This document shows positions 36,062 through 45,644 of a DNA stretch of 64,000 bases, piece by piece. How positions within the stretch are numbered: position 1 is the stretch's first letter; each line of letters begins with the position of its first letter. The notes beneath the pieces were generated by a model. That model worked only from the letters and a program-made list of their open reading frames with translations. It searched no databases and had not been told where the DNA came from. Position numbers and translations under genes: made by a program. Source of the stretch: Escherichia phage muut. The stretch is from the sequence record NC_052657.1. One strand, written 5' to 3'.

Positions 36062-36638
36062 ATCTTTTATTGTTGCAGTTGTTTTAGGTAGTGTATTGCT
36101 GGTAGGTTGTGATGATTCTGAAAATGTACAAAATCAACGTTACCAGCAAACACCAAATCAGATGGTAGATGAGCAATATGTAAATCAACCTGCACCTCAA
36201 GTTGTTCAAGCAGCACCTGCACAACCTTCAACAGTTGTTGTTCAAGGAGGCGGCAGTGGTTCTTCTGGCGTAGGTGAGTTCGCTACAGGTATGCTTCTTG
36301 GTCATATGTTGAGTGGTAATAGTGGCGGTGGTGGTTATAGAGATGGCGGTAGCAATACAACAATTATCAATAACAACGCTGCTCCTACAACTAATAGTAA
36401 AGCATATACAACACAAAAGCATAGTTTTTATGATAAACAAGGAAATACATATACAACCACTAAACAAAACACAATTAAGCAGCAAAGTGTACAAACGTAT
36501 TCACGCCCATCAACAACAAAAGTGAATAGTAATTACTCTGCTCGTAAGTCTTACTCAAGCCCTATTAGCTCTTATAGTAAGTCTTCGAAAAGTTATTCTT
36601 CGTCGAAACGTAGTTTTAGTAGCTCACGTCGTCGTTAA
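36048..36638 (+). CDS. Putative lipoprotein with low-complexity Ser/Thr/Gly-rich and basic tail
   Basis: Signal peptide with lipobox MKNIKSFIVAVVLGSVLLVGC; C-terminus KSYSSPISSYSKSSKSYSSSKRSFSSSRRR. Confidence 0.5.
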   Translation: MKNIKSFIVAVVLGSVLLVGCDDSENVQNQRYQQTPNQMVDEQYVNQPAPQVVQAAPAQPSTVVVQGGGSGSSGVGEFATGMLLGHMLSGNSGGGGYRDGGSNTTIINNNAAPTTNSKAYTTQKHSFYDKQGNTYTTTKQNTIKQQSVQTYSRPSTTKVNSNYSARKSYSSPISSYSKSSKSYSSSKRSFSSSRRR

Positions 36639-36673
36639 TAATTTAATACAGATTAAATAAGAAGGAGAAACAG

Positions 36674-37525
36674 ATGAAACTAGAAGTTGGTAAAGTATAT
36701 CGCCTGGAAGGTTGGATCTTTAATCAAGAAATTCTTGAGAAGAATAAAGATGGTTTTGAGTTTGTTGGTACTACCAAGGAAAGTATGCACAATGACGAAT
36801 ACTGTAAATTCGTTGGTAAAAATACAGGTCAAGAACAATTTTGCTTTAAGAGCGCAATCGGTGATTATGCTTCTGTAATGCCAACACCAGAAAAAACTCC
36901 GAAGCAATATACTGTCTTTGGTGTAAAACTTGAAGAACTTGTAGAACACCCACGTTTTGAAGAGTTCAAGGTTGCTGCAATGCGCAAGCATTCTGAAATT
37001 AAAATACATAATTTGTTTGATTTAGAAGATCGGTTTGATATCTTTATGTATGATCGCAGGGAAAAGCATTTTGATGCAACGACTTCAAAATTTGCTGCAA
37101 CAGAGGATATTAAAATCCTTGATGTTGATACCTTTCTTCACAATGTATCGTTTGTATTCATTCCTAAATACAAAAAACGTAGTGATCATAAACGTGTGAA
37201 AGGAACTCCTCGTAAAAAACGTACTGTAAACAAAGCAACTTTGCACTTCACTTCTGGTGATAAGTATACTCTCAAAGGGTTTGAAAGTGTTTTGTATGAT
37301 GCTGGAACGGGTAATATCAAGTTTATCATTAAGGCAACCTACAAAGGTACGGTATTGCACGAAGAGGCTGTTACACTACCTGTATTCGATATCTCTCGTG
37401 TTGAGGTACGGGGTGTTAAAGAGTCCTTCGATCTGGATTTCTTAACCACTAATGCTACTGGTTATGTTAATCTGGAAGCAGATGGAGCCTTTATTACTAC
37501 AAATTATTTAGATATGTTTGTTTAA
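36674..37525 (+). CDS. Hypothetical protein (283 aa)
   Basis: ORF with ribosome-binding site AAGGAGAAA. Confidence 0.55.
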   Translation: MKLEVGKVYRLEGWIFNQEILEKNKDGFEFVGTTKESMHNDEYCKFVGKNTGQEQFCFKSAIGDYASVMPTPEKTPKQYTVFGVKLEELVEHPRFEEFKVAAMRKHSEIKIHNLFDLEDRFDIFMYDRREKHFDATTSKFAATEDIKILDVDTFLHNVSFVFIPKYKKRSDHKRVKGTPRKKRTVNKATLHFTSGDKYTLKGFESVLYDAGTGNIKFIIKATYKGTVLHEEAVTLPVFDISRVEVRGVKESFDLDFLTTNATGYVNLEADGAFITTNYLDMFV

Positions 37526-37593
37526 TACTTAATTTGTGTTATGATGGTGGTACAGAGGTATCACCATCTACTAAAGAATATGGAGGAAATTGA

Positions 37594-38697
37594 ATGTCCA
37601 GTCCTTTTATCAGTGCCGTAAAAAGCAAACCGTCTGAAATGAGTGTATTCACGGCAACAACAGAAAAAAGTAAGTCTTTGTTTGCTCCAAGTGCTATGGA
37701 TGCAAGCCCTGTATATGCCCCTGCTGTTGCACGACCTGTACAAATGCTGCCTCCAATGTCTCGTGAAGAGATTGAACAAGTTGGTGCTGATGCAGGACTT
37801 ACTCTTCGTAACCTTAATGCTGAAGTGCTTAAACACCAGCGTTCATCTCAGGGGGATGAAATGAGTGAACGTTTAACTGCACTTATTAAGCAAGCAAAGC
37901 AACTTGATCCTAACTCTATTAAACAATCTAAAGGCTTAGGTAAACTAGTTAAGAAAGTATTAGGTATGAAAGAAGATTTGTTTGGTGAATTTGACACCAT
38001 CAATAATCGTATTGAAGGTTTGGTAAAGACACTACAAACAGACTTGAAAAAAGAAGAAGATTCTTTACGATATCTGCAACGTTTAGAAGAGGCTATTGCA
38101 AAATATGCTCTTAGCTTAAACAGGGATATAGAGCTTCTAACAGCTACTTATGAAAAAGAAGAAGTTCGCCTTAATACACTACCTGAAAATGAAGTAGAAG
38201 AGCGTCAACGTACTCGTGATACTATGGATCTGCTTGAAATTCGTATTGCAGACCTGAAAGCCTTGCGTTTACTGTGTGTTCAGATGGGGCCACGTGTACA
38301 AAGTATGCAGAAAGTATCTGCAAGTTTGATGCGATCAGCCCGTAATATTGTGAATAATGTTATCCCTGCTTACTCTGCAAACTTTTCTATGTATATTGAA
38401 AGTCTACGCCAGAAGAAAGCAGCCGATACACAGAACAATGTGCTGAATGAATTTAATGCTGCTATTGCAATGGGTAGTGATCTGGCTGCACAAAACCAAA
38501 TTGAAGCTACACAACTTGCTAATCGTCAAGTATTGGATATTGAAACATTACGTCGCGATCAAGAAAACTTAGTTAAAATGTTGGAAGAAACTAACCGAAT
38601 CAACACTGAAGCCCGTGCTGCGCGTATTGATTACATTCAAGAAGTGCAATCTCTTGAAGATGGTATGATTCAAACTGTTAAACGTGGTCTACTTTAA
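37594..38697 (+). CDS. TelA-like (toxic anion resistance / KlaB-like) coiled-coil protein
   Basis: Size and coiled-coil layout; central GLGKLVKKVLGMKEDLFGEFDTINNRIEGL...EKEE parallels the TelA family by eye. Confidence 0.45.
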   Translation: MSSPFISAVKSKPSEMSVFTATTEKSKSLFAPSAMDASPVYAPAVARPVQMLPPMSREEIEQVGADAGLTLRNLNAEVLKHQRSSQGDEMSERLTALIKQAKQLDPNSIKQSKGLGKLVKKVLGMKEDLFGEFDTINNRIEGLVKTLQTDLKKEEDSLRYLQRLEEAIAKYALSLNRDIELLTATYEKEEVRLNTLPENEVEERQRTRDTMDLLEIRIADLKALRLLCVQMGPRVQSMQKVSASLMRSARNIVNNVIPAYSANFSMYIESLRQKKAADTQNNVLNEFNAAIAMGSDLAAQNQIEATQLANRQVLDIETLRRDQENLVKMLEETNRINTEARAARIDYIQEVQSLEDGMIQTVKRGLL

Positions 38698-38710
38698 GGA
38701 GAAATATATT

Positions 38711-38917
38711 ATGAATATTAAAATTTACAAACTGTCTGGTTCTATGATTGCTGTTCAGTATGACAATGAAGATCGTTATGTTCTCCTCCAGGATGCTTGG
38801 TTAGATGATCCTAATGTATTCACTGTCCTGCGAGAACTACGCTCTGTCTATACCTATTCTTCTAAAGATGGTTTTGATAGTTCAACGATGGAATTGGTAA
38901 AAGAGGAGAATGTGTAA
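38711..38917 (+). CDS. Hypothetical small protein (68 aa, start trimmed)
   Basis: ATG preceded by TAAGGAGAAA. Confidence 0.45.
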   Translation: MNIKIYKLSGSMIAVQYDNEDRYVLLQDAWLDDPNVFTVLRELRSVYTYSSKDGFDSSTMELVKEENV

Positions 38918-39117
38918 TGAGTAAAGATATTCACTTAACTCGTGAAGAATTGCAAACCATTATGGAAGATGCTTTCATTGATGGTTGGAAACAAGGTCAA
39001 GAATCAGATTGGTATGATGCCGAAGATTTTTTGTATTATCATATGACTGCACCTGTAGACGAGCAAACACACTCTGAAACAACTTTGGCTTTAATTGATC
39101 TTAAGGCTGGTGTATAA
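38917..39117 (+). CDS. Hypothetical small acidic protein (66 aa)
   Basis: ORF, translationally coupled. Confidence 0.45.
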   Translation: MSKDIHLTREELQTIMEDAFIDGWKQGQESDWYDAEDFLYYHMTAPVDEQTHSETTLALIDLKAGV

Positions 39118-39680
39118 TGGGGTGTTTTAGTTTCTTGTGCAAAGAGTCTGGTAATGCTGCTCTTTCTACCTCTTTCGATGGCTCTCCTTGCTACCTATTT
39201 CTTTTGAAAGGTGGTAAGGTTGTCGAAGAGATGTATGGGAATTATGATAGCTATGGTAGTGTTTTCTCTAACGAAGAAGATAAACATGGCAATCGTAAAA
39301 GATTCAAGTGGTCTATGCCTTGGGAAGAAGTTTGTAATTTGATGTTCTCTTCCGATCTTGGAGATGGGATTGCTCTGGTATTAGAAGAACACTTTACAGG
39401 TGAGATCCCAACAGAAAGATCTGAAGAAGACCCTAACCAGGGTTGGGGTGATGGAGAAGAAGATCCAGATTGCTTCTTCAGCACTGAAAATAATAAATTT
39501 AAACGTGTTGACAATCCTTACCACAAAGTGCATAATACTTGCATTGAGACAGAAGAAGACTCAAAGCTAGAAATTGAAGATGATTTAGTTGTAACTATCT
39601 CTTTAAACGATTTGCAAAAAATCACTAGAGAGGCTTTCTATTTAGGCTTGAGAGCAGGTAAAGGAGAAGACAGTGCTTAA
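39117..39680 (+). CDS. Hypothetical acidic protein (187 aa)
   Basis: ORF. Confidence 0.5.
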   Translation: MGCFSFLCKESGNAALSTSFDGSPCYLFLLKGGKVVEEMYGNYDSYGSVFSNEEDKHGNRKRFKWSMPWEEVCNLMFSSDLGDGIALVLEEHFTGEIPTERSEEDPNQGWGDGEEDPDCFFSTENNKFKRVDNPYHKVHNTCIETEEDSKLEIEDDLVVTISLNDLQKITREAFYLGLRAGKGEDSA

Positions 39681-39942
39681 ATTTAATATCAAAGACGACA
39701 AATCAGATGAACCTAAATGTTTTGGAGAACTTGACACAGGTGATACATTCGTATATTATGTTGCCTATCGAGATGCTGGTTTAGATACGTTCAGAAACTT
39801 AGTGTTTATTAAGGTTAATACAAACCAAGCAATGTGTCTTAACGGTTCACAAAGAGGTCAACTTAACTGTATTTTATATGATACAGAAGTGGTAGAAGTG
39901 GATTTAGAAGTTACTAACATTACAGTCAGAAAGGAGAAATAA
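39673..39942 (+). CDS. Hypothetical protein (89 aa)
   Basis: ORF. Confidence 0.45.
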   Translation: MLKFNIKDDKSDEPKCFGELDTGDTFVYYVAYRDAGLDTFRNLVFIKVNTNQAMCLNGSQRGQLNCILYDTEVVEVDLEVTNITVRKEK

Positions 39943-39943
39943 T

Positions 39944-40738
39944 ATGTCCAATAAAATCAGTCTTAAAAAACGTCAAGAAACTCTTACTGTATCCCTGCGT
40001 AAGAAAAAGATTAACGATGTTGTTCTTCGTGTAGGTAGCGCCTTAGATATTTCGGGTAGTATGTGTGAGCTGTATCGTGATGGCACTGTTAGCGATTTTG
40101 TAGGTAAACTGCTGCCGTTTGGTATGAAGTTTGATGATAATGCACAGATTGACATGTGGGCTTTCAATAGTTCTTCTTTTGAACTGCCTCCTGCAACGGC
40201 TGATGTGTATGATGATTATGTCGGCTCTTGCATGTCTAATGTTTGCATCAACGGTGGTACTGCTTATGCTCCAGTAATGCAAGAGATCTATGATACATAC
40301 TTCGGTAGTGTACCTATGAAAAATATTACACGCGAAGTCGTTGAGTATGAAGAAGTTCCGGCTAAAGGTTTCCTTGCTAAACTAACTGGTAAAAAAGAAC
40401 TTGTAGAAGTAACACGTACTGTTGTAGAACAGGTTGTAGATACTGATGCACAAGTTGATCGTACTCCTGCAATGATTTTCTTCCAAACTGACGGGGAGAA
40501 CATGGATACTTCAGCAGTACGTAGCTTACTGAACAAACACCGCAATACGCCTGTTTACTGGTTTATGGTTGGTGTAGGTAATGCAAACTTTAAATTCCTG
40601 AAAGACTTGGCAAAAGAATACGATAATGTTGATTTTATCGGTATTGCAGATTTGTCCTTGTCTGACGAAGAACTTTACGATAAACTGCTATCTGAAGAGT
40701 TTGGTGAGTGGGTTAAAAAATTTGGAGCAAAAGCGTAA
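39944..40738 (+). CDS. von Willebrand factor A (vWA) domain protein, TerY-like
   Basis: MIDAS-like motif VGSALDISGSM; N-terminus (ISLKKRQETLTVSL) resembles the start of the adjacent TerD protein. Confidence 0.55.
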   Translation: MSNKISLKKRQETLTVSLRKKKINDVVLRVGSALDISGSMCELYRDGTVSDFVGKLLPFGMKFDDNAQIDMWAFNSSSFELPPATADVYDDYVGSCMSNVCINGGTAYAPVMQEIYDTYFGSVPMKNITREVVEYEEVPAKGFLAKLTGKKELVEVTRTVVEQVVDTDAQVDRTPAMIFFQTDGENMDTSAVRSLLNKHRNTPVYWFMVGVGNANFKFLKDLAKEYDNVDFIGIADLSLSDEELYDKLLSEEFGEWVKKFGAKA

Positions 40739-40810
40739 AAAACGCTTGACTTTGTAGAAAAGATTAGTAAAATAGACAACGTAAATTAACAACAAAGGAG
40801 ATAATAAATT

Positions 40811-41407
40811 ATGACTCAGAAAATTTCCCTGAAAAAAGGTTCTAGCGAAAAAGTTTCTCTGAAAAAGATTGCACCAGCACTGAAACGCATTCGTCTGGAA
40901 TTCTCTTGGAAATCTAACGAAAAACTGGATCTGGATGTTAGTGCTCTGATTTGCCGACACAATGCATCTGGTCTGCCGGAACTGTTGTCTCCTCGTCACC
41001 TGGTGTGCTACGCGCAGAAATTTGATCCTGAACGTTCTACTTTTGCAGGTGAAGATGTTCGTGATGGTGTAGGACAGATGGAGCAGATTGATGTTACACT
41101 GGATAATATCTCTGCTGAAGCACAGGAAATTGCATTCGTAATTACTATTGATGACGAAACGGGTAAGAAACGCCTTGGTCACGCTACCGAAGGTTTCCTT
41201 AAAATCTTCGATGATGAACGTAATGTTGAACTGCTGGACTTTGACTTCTTGGCTCCAGAACTTGCAGGTAACACCATTTGCCACGTTGCCTCCCTGGTGC
41301 GAGAAGATAGCGAATGGAAACTGAAAGCATATGGTGTGGGTAAAGCTGGGCTTGACATTTACGATGTAGTTAAAGCGTTTGGCGCTGGCGACGATTGGTT
41401 CGAGTAA
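40811..41407 (+). CDS. TerD-domain protein (TerD/TerE/TerZ family)
   Basis: ISLKKGSSEKVSLKK...LDLDVSALI...DGVGQMEQIDVTLDNI...WKLKAYGVG matches the TerD pattern (ISL.KG..V.L...DLD.S...GDDE.I.....W...A.G.G). Confidence 0.65.
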   Translation: MTQKISLKKGSSEKVSLKKIAPALKRIRLEFSWKSNEKLDLDVSALICRHNASGLPELLSPRHLVCYAQKFDPERSTFAGEDVRDGVGQMEQIDVTLDNISAEAQEIAFVITIDDETGKKRLGHATEGFLKIFDDERNVELLDFDFLAPELAGNTICHVASLVREDSEWKLKAYGVGKAGLDIYDVVKAFGAGDDWFE

Positions 41408-41414
41408 TAAATCA

Positions 41415-41440
41415 TAGCGCCCTTCGGGGCGCATATTTTA
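41415..41440 (+). terminator. Rho-independent terminator (GCGCCC-ttcg-GGGCGC)
   Basis: Perfect GC stem followed by an AT-rich tract. Confidence 0.45.
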
Positions 41441-41459
41441 AATAAAAGAGGAGAAAACA

Positions 41460-42062
41460 ATGGGTATTACTTTAGAAGGTCAAAAACTTATTCGTAGCGG
41501 CAATTTTCTTGTGGATGTTGACAACAATCAAGATTATGCTGTAGAAGTTAGTGATGTACTGTTTGATGCTTTGCAGTCTGGTTTCAATTTTGAAGTTTAT
41601 GAAGTAATCCGTGGAACTAAACTCAGAGAAACCCTTGGATCAACTAGTGATGTTTATTCTGCGATCTGGCAATATTTCGGGTTAATGGATGGTAAGACAT
41701 ACCTTACTGATAGTTATTCTGAAGATGTTGTTTATCTTGATATGGAAGAGTTTCGTCGTCTGTTCAAAAGTGAAGAAAATGAAGAAGAGGGTGAACTTTT
41801 TGAAGGAATTATTCTCGAAGGTAATGTTGAAATTGTGTACAAAGCAGGAAAAACATTCCACCTACGCGAAAACGGTAAAGCGAAAGTTGATTTTGTAAAC
41901 AAGACAGTGACAACCGAACATAATTATCTTAAAGATGGTCAACCAGCTTTTGAACGTGTAAAAATTAAATTTAAAGTGTTGTCTGCACTAGTTACGGATC
42001 AAGAACGTATTGATTTTGTAGAAGATGGTGTAGTAACTCATACGAAGGTTTACAATATCTAA
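41460..42062 (+). CDS. Hypothetical protein (200 aa)
   Basis: ORF with ribosome-binding site AAGAGGAGAAAA. Confidence 0.55.
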   Translation: MGITLEGQKLIRSGNFLVDVDNNQDYAVEVSDVLFDALQSGFNFEVYEVIRGTKLRETLGSTSDVYSAIWQYFGLMDGKTYLTDSYSEDVVYLDMEEFRRLFKSEENEEEGELFEGIILEGNVEIVYKAGKTFHLRENGKAKVDFVNKTVTTEHNYLKDGQPAFERVKIKFKVLSALVTDQERIDFVEDGVVTHTKVYNI

Positions 42063-42154
42063 CAGAGTGTAAGAGGGGGATAATCCTCCTCCACTTGCAA
42101 AACAGCCTCTTCTGTGTTACAATAAAAGTTCGTTTAACAAAATAGGAGGCAAGT

Positions 42155-42664
42155 TTGTCAATAAAAACCTTTGTCGCAATTGCGTTACTATCCTTAACTG
42201 CTTTTACATTTACACCTGTTGTGGCGCAAGCCGAAGCTGCAAACGTAAAAACTGCTAAAGTAGTTCACAAGTGTACAAAGCGTGATAGTAAAGAAAATCT
42301 ATTAGCTTGTGCAATCTATGCAGAAAGTCGTAATCAAGGAAAGCGCGGTATGTCTGCTGTTGGTAATGTAGTATTGAATAGGGCTAGAGATTCATATTTC
42401 CCTGATACTATAAAAGAAGTTTTGTTTCAAAAAGGACAATTCTCTTACACAAAGACATTCAACGTTATGGAACGTGATAAGTGGAAGGAAGCTAAGGCTA
42501 TAGCAGAACGTCTACTTTATCTCGATACGCATTTTCCAGAATTACGAATTGCATTAGATATTACAAAAGGAGCATTATACTTTAAAAAATCTACAATAAG
42601 AGCACACTGGGAAAAAGATATGGTTCTAGTGTACCGCTACAAAGAACATCAATTCTATCGCTAA
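42155..42664 (+). CDS. Secreted SleB/CwlJ-like cell-wall hydrolase (candidate endolysin)
   Basis: Signal peptide (SIKTFVAIALLSLTAFTFTPVVAQA) then ACAIYAESRNQ...GNVVLNRA...QFSY, which resembles the Hydrolase_2 family; TTG start after GGAGG. Confidence 0.55.
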   Translation: MSIKTFVAIALLSLTAFTFTPVVAQAEAANVKTAKVVHKCTKRDSKENLLACAIYAESRNQGKRGMSAVGNVVLNRARDSYFPDTIKEVLFQKGQFSYTKTFNVMERDKWKEAKAIAERLLYLDTHFPELRIALDITKGALYFKKSTIRAHWEKDMVLVYRYKEHQFYR

Positions 42665-42674
42665 GGAGATATAG

Positions 42675-42953
42675 ATGAAAGATGGCGTTATCGTTGCAAG
42701 TTATCTTGTTATTGGTCTTACAGAAGAGGATGTACATTACATTAGGAAACATTTAGAACAGTTTGCAATGATGTTCATCGAAGACGAAGACAATGTGGAT
42801 GTTTATTCAATTGAAATGATCAATGATAACGTCTATCCTTGTATAGCTTTACGAGTCGATGAAGATGTTTGGGAACGTTTTTCACGTAGTCACGATAATG
42901 TTGAATGTTCTATGGTTATGTCACAAAGCAACATACTGGGAGTGTTACACTGA
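42675..42953 (+). CDS. Hypothetical protein (92 aa)
   Basis: ORF. Confidence 0.45.
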   Translation: MKDGVIVASYLVIGLTEEDVHYIRKHLEQFAMMFIEDEDNVDVYSIEMINDNVYPCIALRVDEDVWERFSRSHDNVECSMVMSQSNILGVLH

Positions 42954-43183
42954 TGGCTGATGTTATTGAAGTTAACTTTAAAACAAAAAAGAAAGTTGAT
43001 AAGTATACAATCTTAAAAAATATTTGCGTTGTGTGCTTCAATTCTGTAATATATGACTCACGTAAGGGCGAAAATGAAAATGAACCTTACATCCAGATTT
43101 CTAAAGGTAAAGGGCAGTGTATCTGCAAAAACTGTGCTGTAGCAATTAAGGAGGTTGTAGATGAAAACCATTGGGATCAATGA
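42953..43183 (+). CDS. Hypothetical zinc-ribbon protein (76 aa, start trimmed)
   Basis: CVVCFNS...CICKNCAV. Confidence 0.45.
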   Translation: MADVIEVNFKTKKKVDKYTILKNICVVCFNSVIYDSRKGENENEPYIQISKGKGQCICKNCAVAIKEVVDENHWDQ

Positions 43184-43355
43184 TACTGGTGAAGTTGTAA
43201 AATCTTGGGATGATCTTAGTGGTATCCCTACAGATAAACTGATTAAACTGCGTGATGTTTGTCGTGATCATCTTAATGAAACATATAAAGAGTATATGGA
43301 AGCACGAGATCACAGTTTAGCTATCCAAATGGAACTCGCAAAACGTAATCAATAG
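43161..43355 (+). CDS. Hypothetical small protein (64 aa)
   Basis: ORF. Confidence 0.4.
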   Translation: MKTIGINDTGEVVKSWDDLSGIPTDKLIKLRDVCRDHLNETYKEYMEARDHSLAIQMELAKRNQ

Positions 43356-43412
43356 GTAAAACCATTTGGACTTTTTAGTCTAAAAATGCTAAAGTAATAA
43401 TACGGAGGGAGT

Positions 43413-43976
43413 ATGATATTTCACATAACTCCCTATCTTTCTGGAGATATTGGAAAAGGTATCAATGACACAATAAGTGTCTTACCAGAAGATAGTTGGA
43501 TTTGCCTAAGAGACATTGATACAATGTTTCTTCTTCCAGAACAACCTGCTTGGCTGGAATCAATTGTCCGTTCAAATCCTGATTTTGATGTTCTTGGTGC
43601 ATCTTGTAACAGATTGGGATCAACATATCAATTATTTAATAATGAAAGAAGTGAAGATCCGAATATATTACACCACATTGAGATTGCAAAAAGAGCACAT
43701 CTAGAATGGGGAAACTCAATAGAGGAAGTACCTACAGATGCTATCTTAGCAGGATTCTTTCTTCTCTTTCGTAAGAGTCTGTGGAATGAAATTCCTTTTG
43801 AGGAAAGATCAATACAGTTTGATATAATTTTCTCTAAAGCATTGCACGCTAACAATAAAAGGCTAGGTTTACTACGTGGGTTATATTTATTTCACACATA
43901 CCGTTTAGGTAATGATGATCCTAGAAAAGCTGTTTCACACCTTTTACATTGTCAAGACATGAATAAAATTATTTAA
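43413..43976 (+). CDS. Hypothetical protein, possibly glycosyltransferase-like (187 aa)
   Basis: ORF; weak resemblance only. Confidence 0.4.
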   Translation: MIFHITPYLSGDIGKGINDTISVLPEDSWICLRDIDTMFLLPEQPAWLESIVRSNPDFDVLGASCNRLGSTYQLFNNERSEDPNILHHIEIAKRAHLEWGNSIEEVPTDAILAGFFLLFRKSLWNEIPFEERSIQFDIIFSKALHANNKRLGLLRGLYLFHTYRLGNDDPRKAVSHLLHCQDMNKII

Positions 43977-43985
43977 GGAGTTATT

Positions 43986-44672
43986 TTGGAAAATACAAAA
44001 ATTGGTGTTGGTGTTATTACTGTAGGTAAGCGTCCTCTTAAAGATTATCTTGTGACTGATCCTAGTGCTACTTTTGTTGTACAGTATGATCGGGAACGAA
44101 AAGGTGTTGCATATGCTCGTAATGAACTGATGAAAAAGTTTTATGATGAAGGATATGATTACTGGTTTATTTTTGATGATGATTGCTATCCTGTTGTTCA
44201 AGGTTGGGAAACATATTTTGTAAAACAGGCGAAGGAAAATGGTTGGGATTTCTTTGGTATGCCTGAATACTTTAAAGATAAAGTAAAAGGTATTGAAGGG
44301 GAAGTGGTTATTTGGGAGCTAGGAATGTGCCAGTTTGGTATGTATTCCCGTGCAGTTATTGAGAAAGCTGGCTATTTCCGCTCATACACCCACGGCTATG
44401 GGTATGAAGATGCAGAGTGGATTCATCGCGTCCCACTGGCAGGTTTGAACCGAGGTATTCAAGGCGTACCATGTCCTATTCGAATTATGGCGTTTATCCA
44501 TCCTGATGATGTATTTGGAGACAATCCTTTACCTTTTGCGAATCTGTCAAAAGAAGAGAAAGAACAGGGGATTGGTGTAAACTGGGAACAATATAAACAA
44601 TCCCTGGAGGATCTTCGCAATGGTAAAACTTTTATCTCTTATGAGGAGGCTCAAAAATATGGTAAATCCTAA
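43986..44672 (+). CDS. Glycosyltransferase-like protein (GT-A-like DxD motif)
   Basis: WFIFDDDCYP acidic motif; TTG start. Confidence 0.45.
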   Translation: MENTKIGVGVITVGKRPLKDYLVTDPSATFVVQYDRERKGVAYARNELMKKFYDEGYDYWFIFDDDCYPVVQGWETYFVKQAKENGWDFFGMPEYFKDKVKGIEGEVVIWELGMCQFGMYSRAVIEKAGYFRSYTHGYGYEDAEWIHRVPLAGLNRGIQGVPCPIRIMAFIHPDDVFGDNPLPFANLSKEEKEQGIGVNWEQYKQSLEDLRNGKTFISYEEAQKYGKS

Positions 44673-45633
44673 TACTCCTGTACTTAAGTGTGATAATAAG
44701 TTAGGCAGTGGTTGTGATTACCATCGTATTGTAATGCCATTTGCTGGAAATACGTTTAAACCTAAGAAAGACGTTTTAGTTTTTAATAGAGTGTATTCTC
44801 GTGGATCAGACGAAGTTAAACGCCTGAAGGCACAAGGTGTTAAGATTATTGTTGATTTAGATGATTTTTATTCGCTTAATCCTGAACATTATATGGCTGG
44901 CGTATTTACTAATCACTCAAAGACTATTGTAGAGATGATTAAGTTAGCAGATGTGGTTACTGTAACAACAGAATACCTAGCTTACAAAATTCGTCATTTA
45001 AATCGTAATGTTGTCGTTATTAGAAACGCACTACCTTACGACGAAGGTCAATTTACTTTGACAAAAGACCGTTATTCTGACACGCCTATTATTTGGGCGG
45101 GAGGAGCAAGCCATGAACCTGATTTATCTCTTGTAGCTAATACATTTGATGATACGCTATTGACAATTGCAGGGTATGAAGTGTATCCTTCTGCACCTGT
45201 TGGAAATAATAGTCAGTATCTAACTACTGCGGAGTGGGTTAAAGTAAAACGTAAAATTCCAAATGCACAGTATAAACCAGCTATTAAAAATTTAGGTGAG
45301 TATATGTCTGTGTATGACGGTCACAGTATTGCAATTGCTCCTCTGGTAGATAATGACTTCAACAACTGTAAAAGCAATTTGAAGATTTTGGAAGCAGGTG
45401 CAAAGGGTCTTCCTATTATCTGTTCTCCTGTGCTGCCGTACTTCAATCCGGTAGATGCAAAGGCTGTTATCTATGCAGACTCTAAAGCATCTTGGCATTA
45501 TGAAGTTGTCAAGCTAATGAGGAACCCTAGATACACAGAAGATCGTGGTATGATGCTTGCAGAACACGTTCGTCTTAATTATAATCTTGCAGATGCTAAT
45601 GAACTGCGTCGTCAAGTTATTGAAAGTCTTTAA
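44659..45633 (+). CDS. Glycosyltransferase-like protein, tandem paralog 1
   Basis: Shares LTKDRYSDTPIIWAGGASHEPDL and NNCKSNLKILEAGAKGLPIICSP with the next gene; start trimmed to Met after GAGGAGG. Confidence 0.55.
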   Translation: MVNPNTPVLKCDNKLGSGCDYHRIVMPFAGNTFKPKKDVLVFNRVYSRGSDEVKRLKAQGVKIIVDLDDFYSLNPEHYMAGVFTNHSKTIVEMIKLADVVTVTTEYLAYKIRHLNRNVVVIRNALPYDEGQFTLTKDRYSDTPIIWAGGASHEPDLSLVANTFDDTLLTIAGYEVYPSAPVGNNSQYLTTAEWVKVKRKIPNAQYKPAIKNLGEYMSVYDGHSIAIAPLVDNDFNNCKSNLKILEAGAKGLPIICSPVLPYFNPVDAKAVIYADSKASWHYEVVKLMRNPRYTEDRGMMLAEHVRLNYNLADANELRRQVIESL

Positions 45634-45644
45634 TAAGGAGCTAT

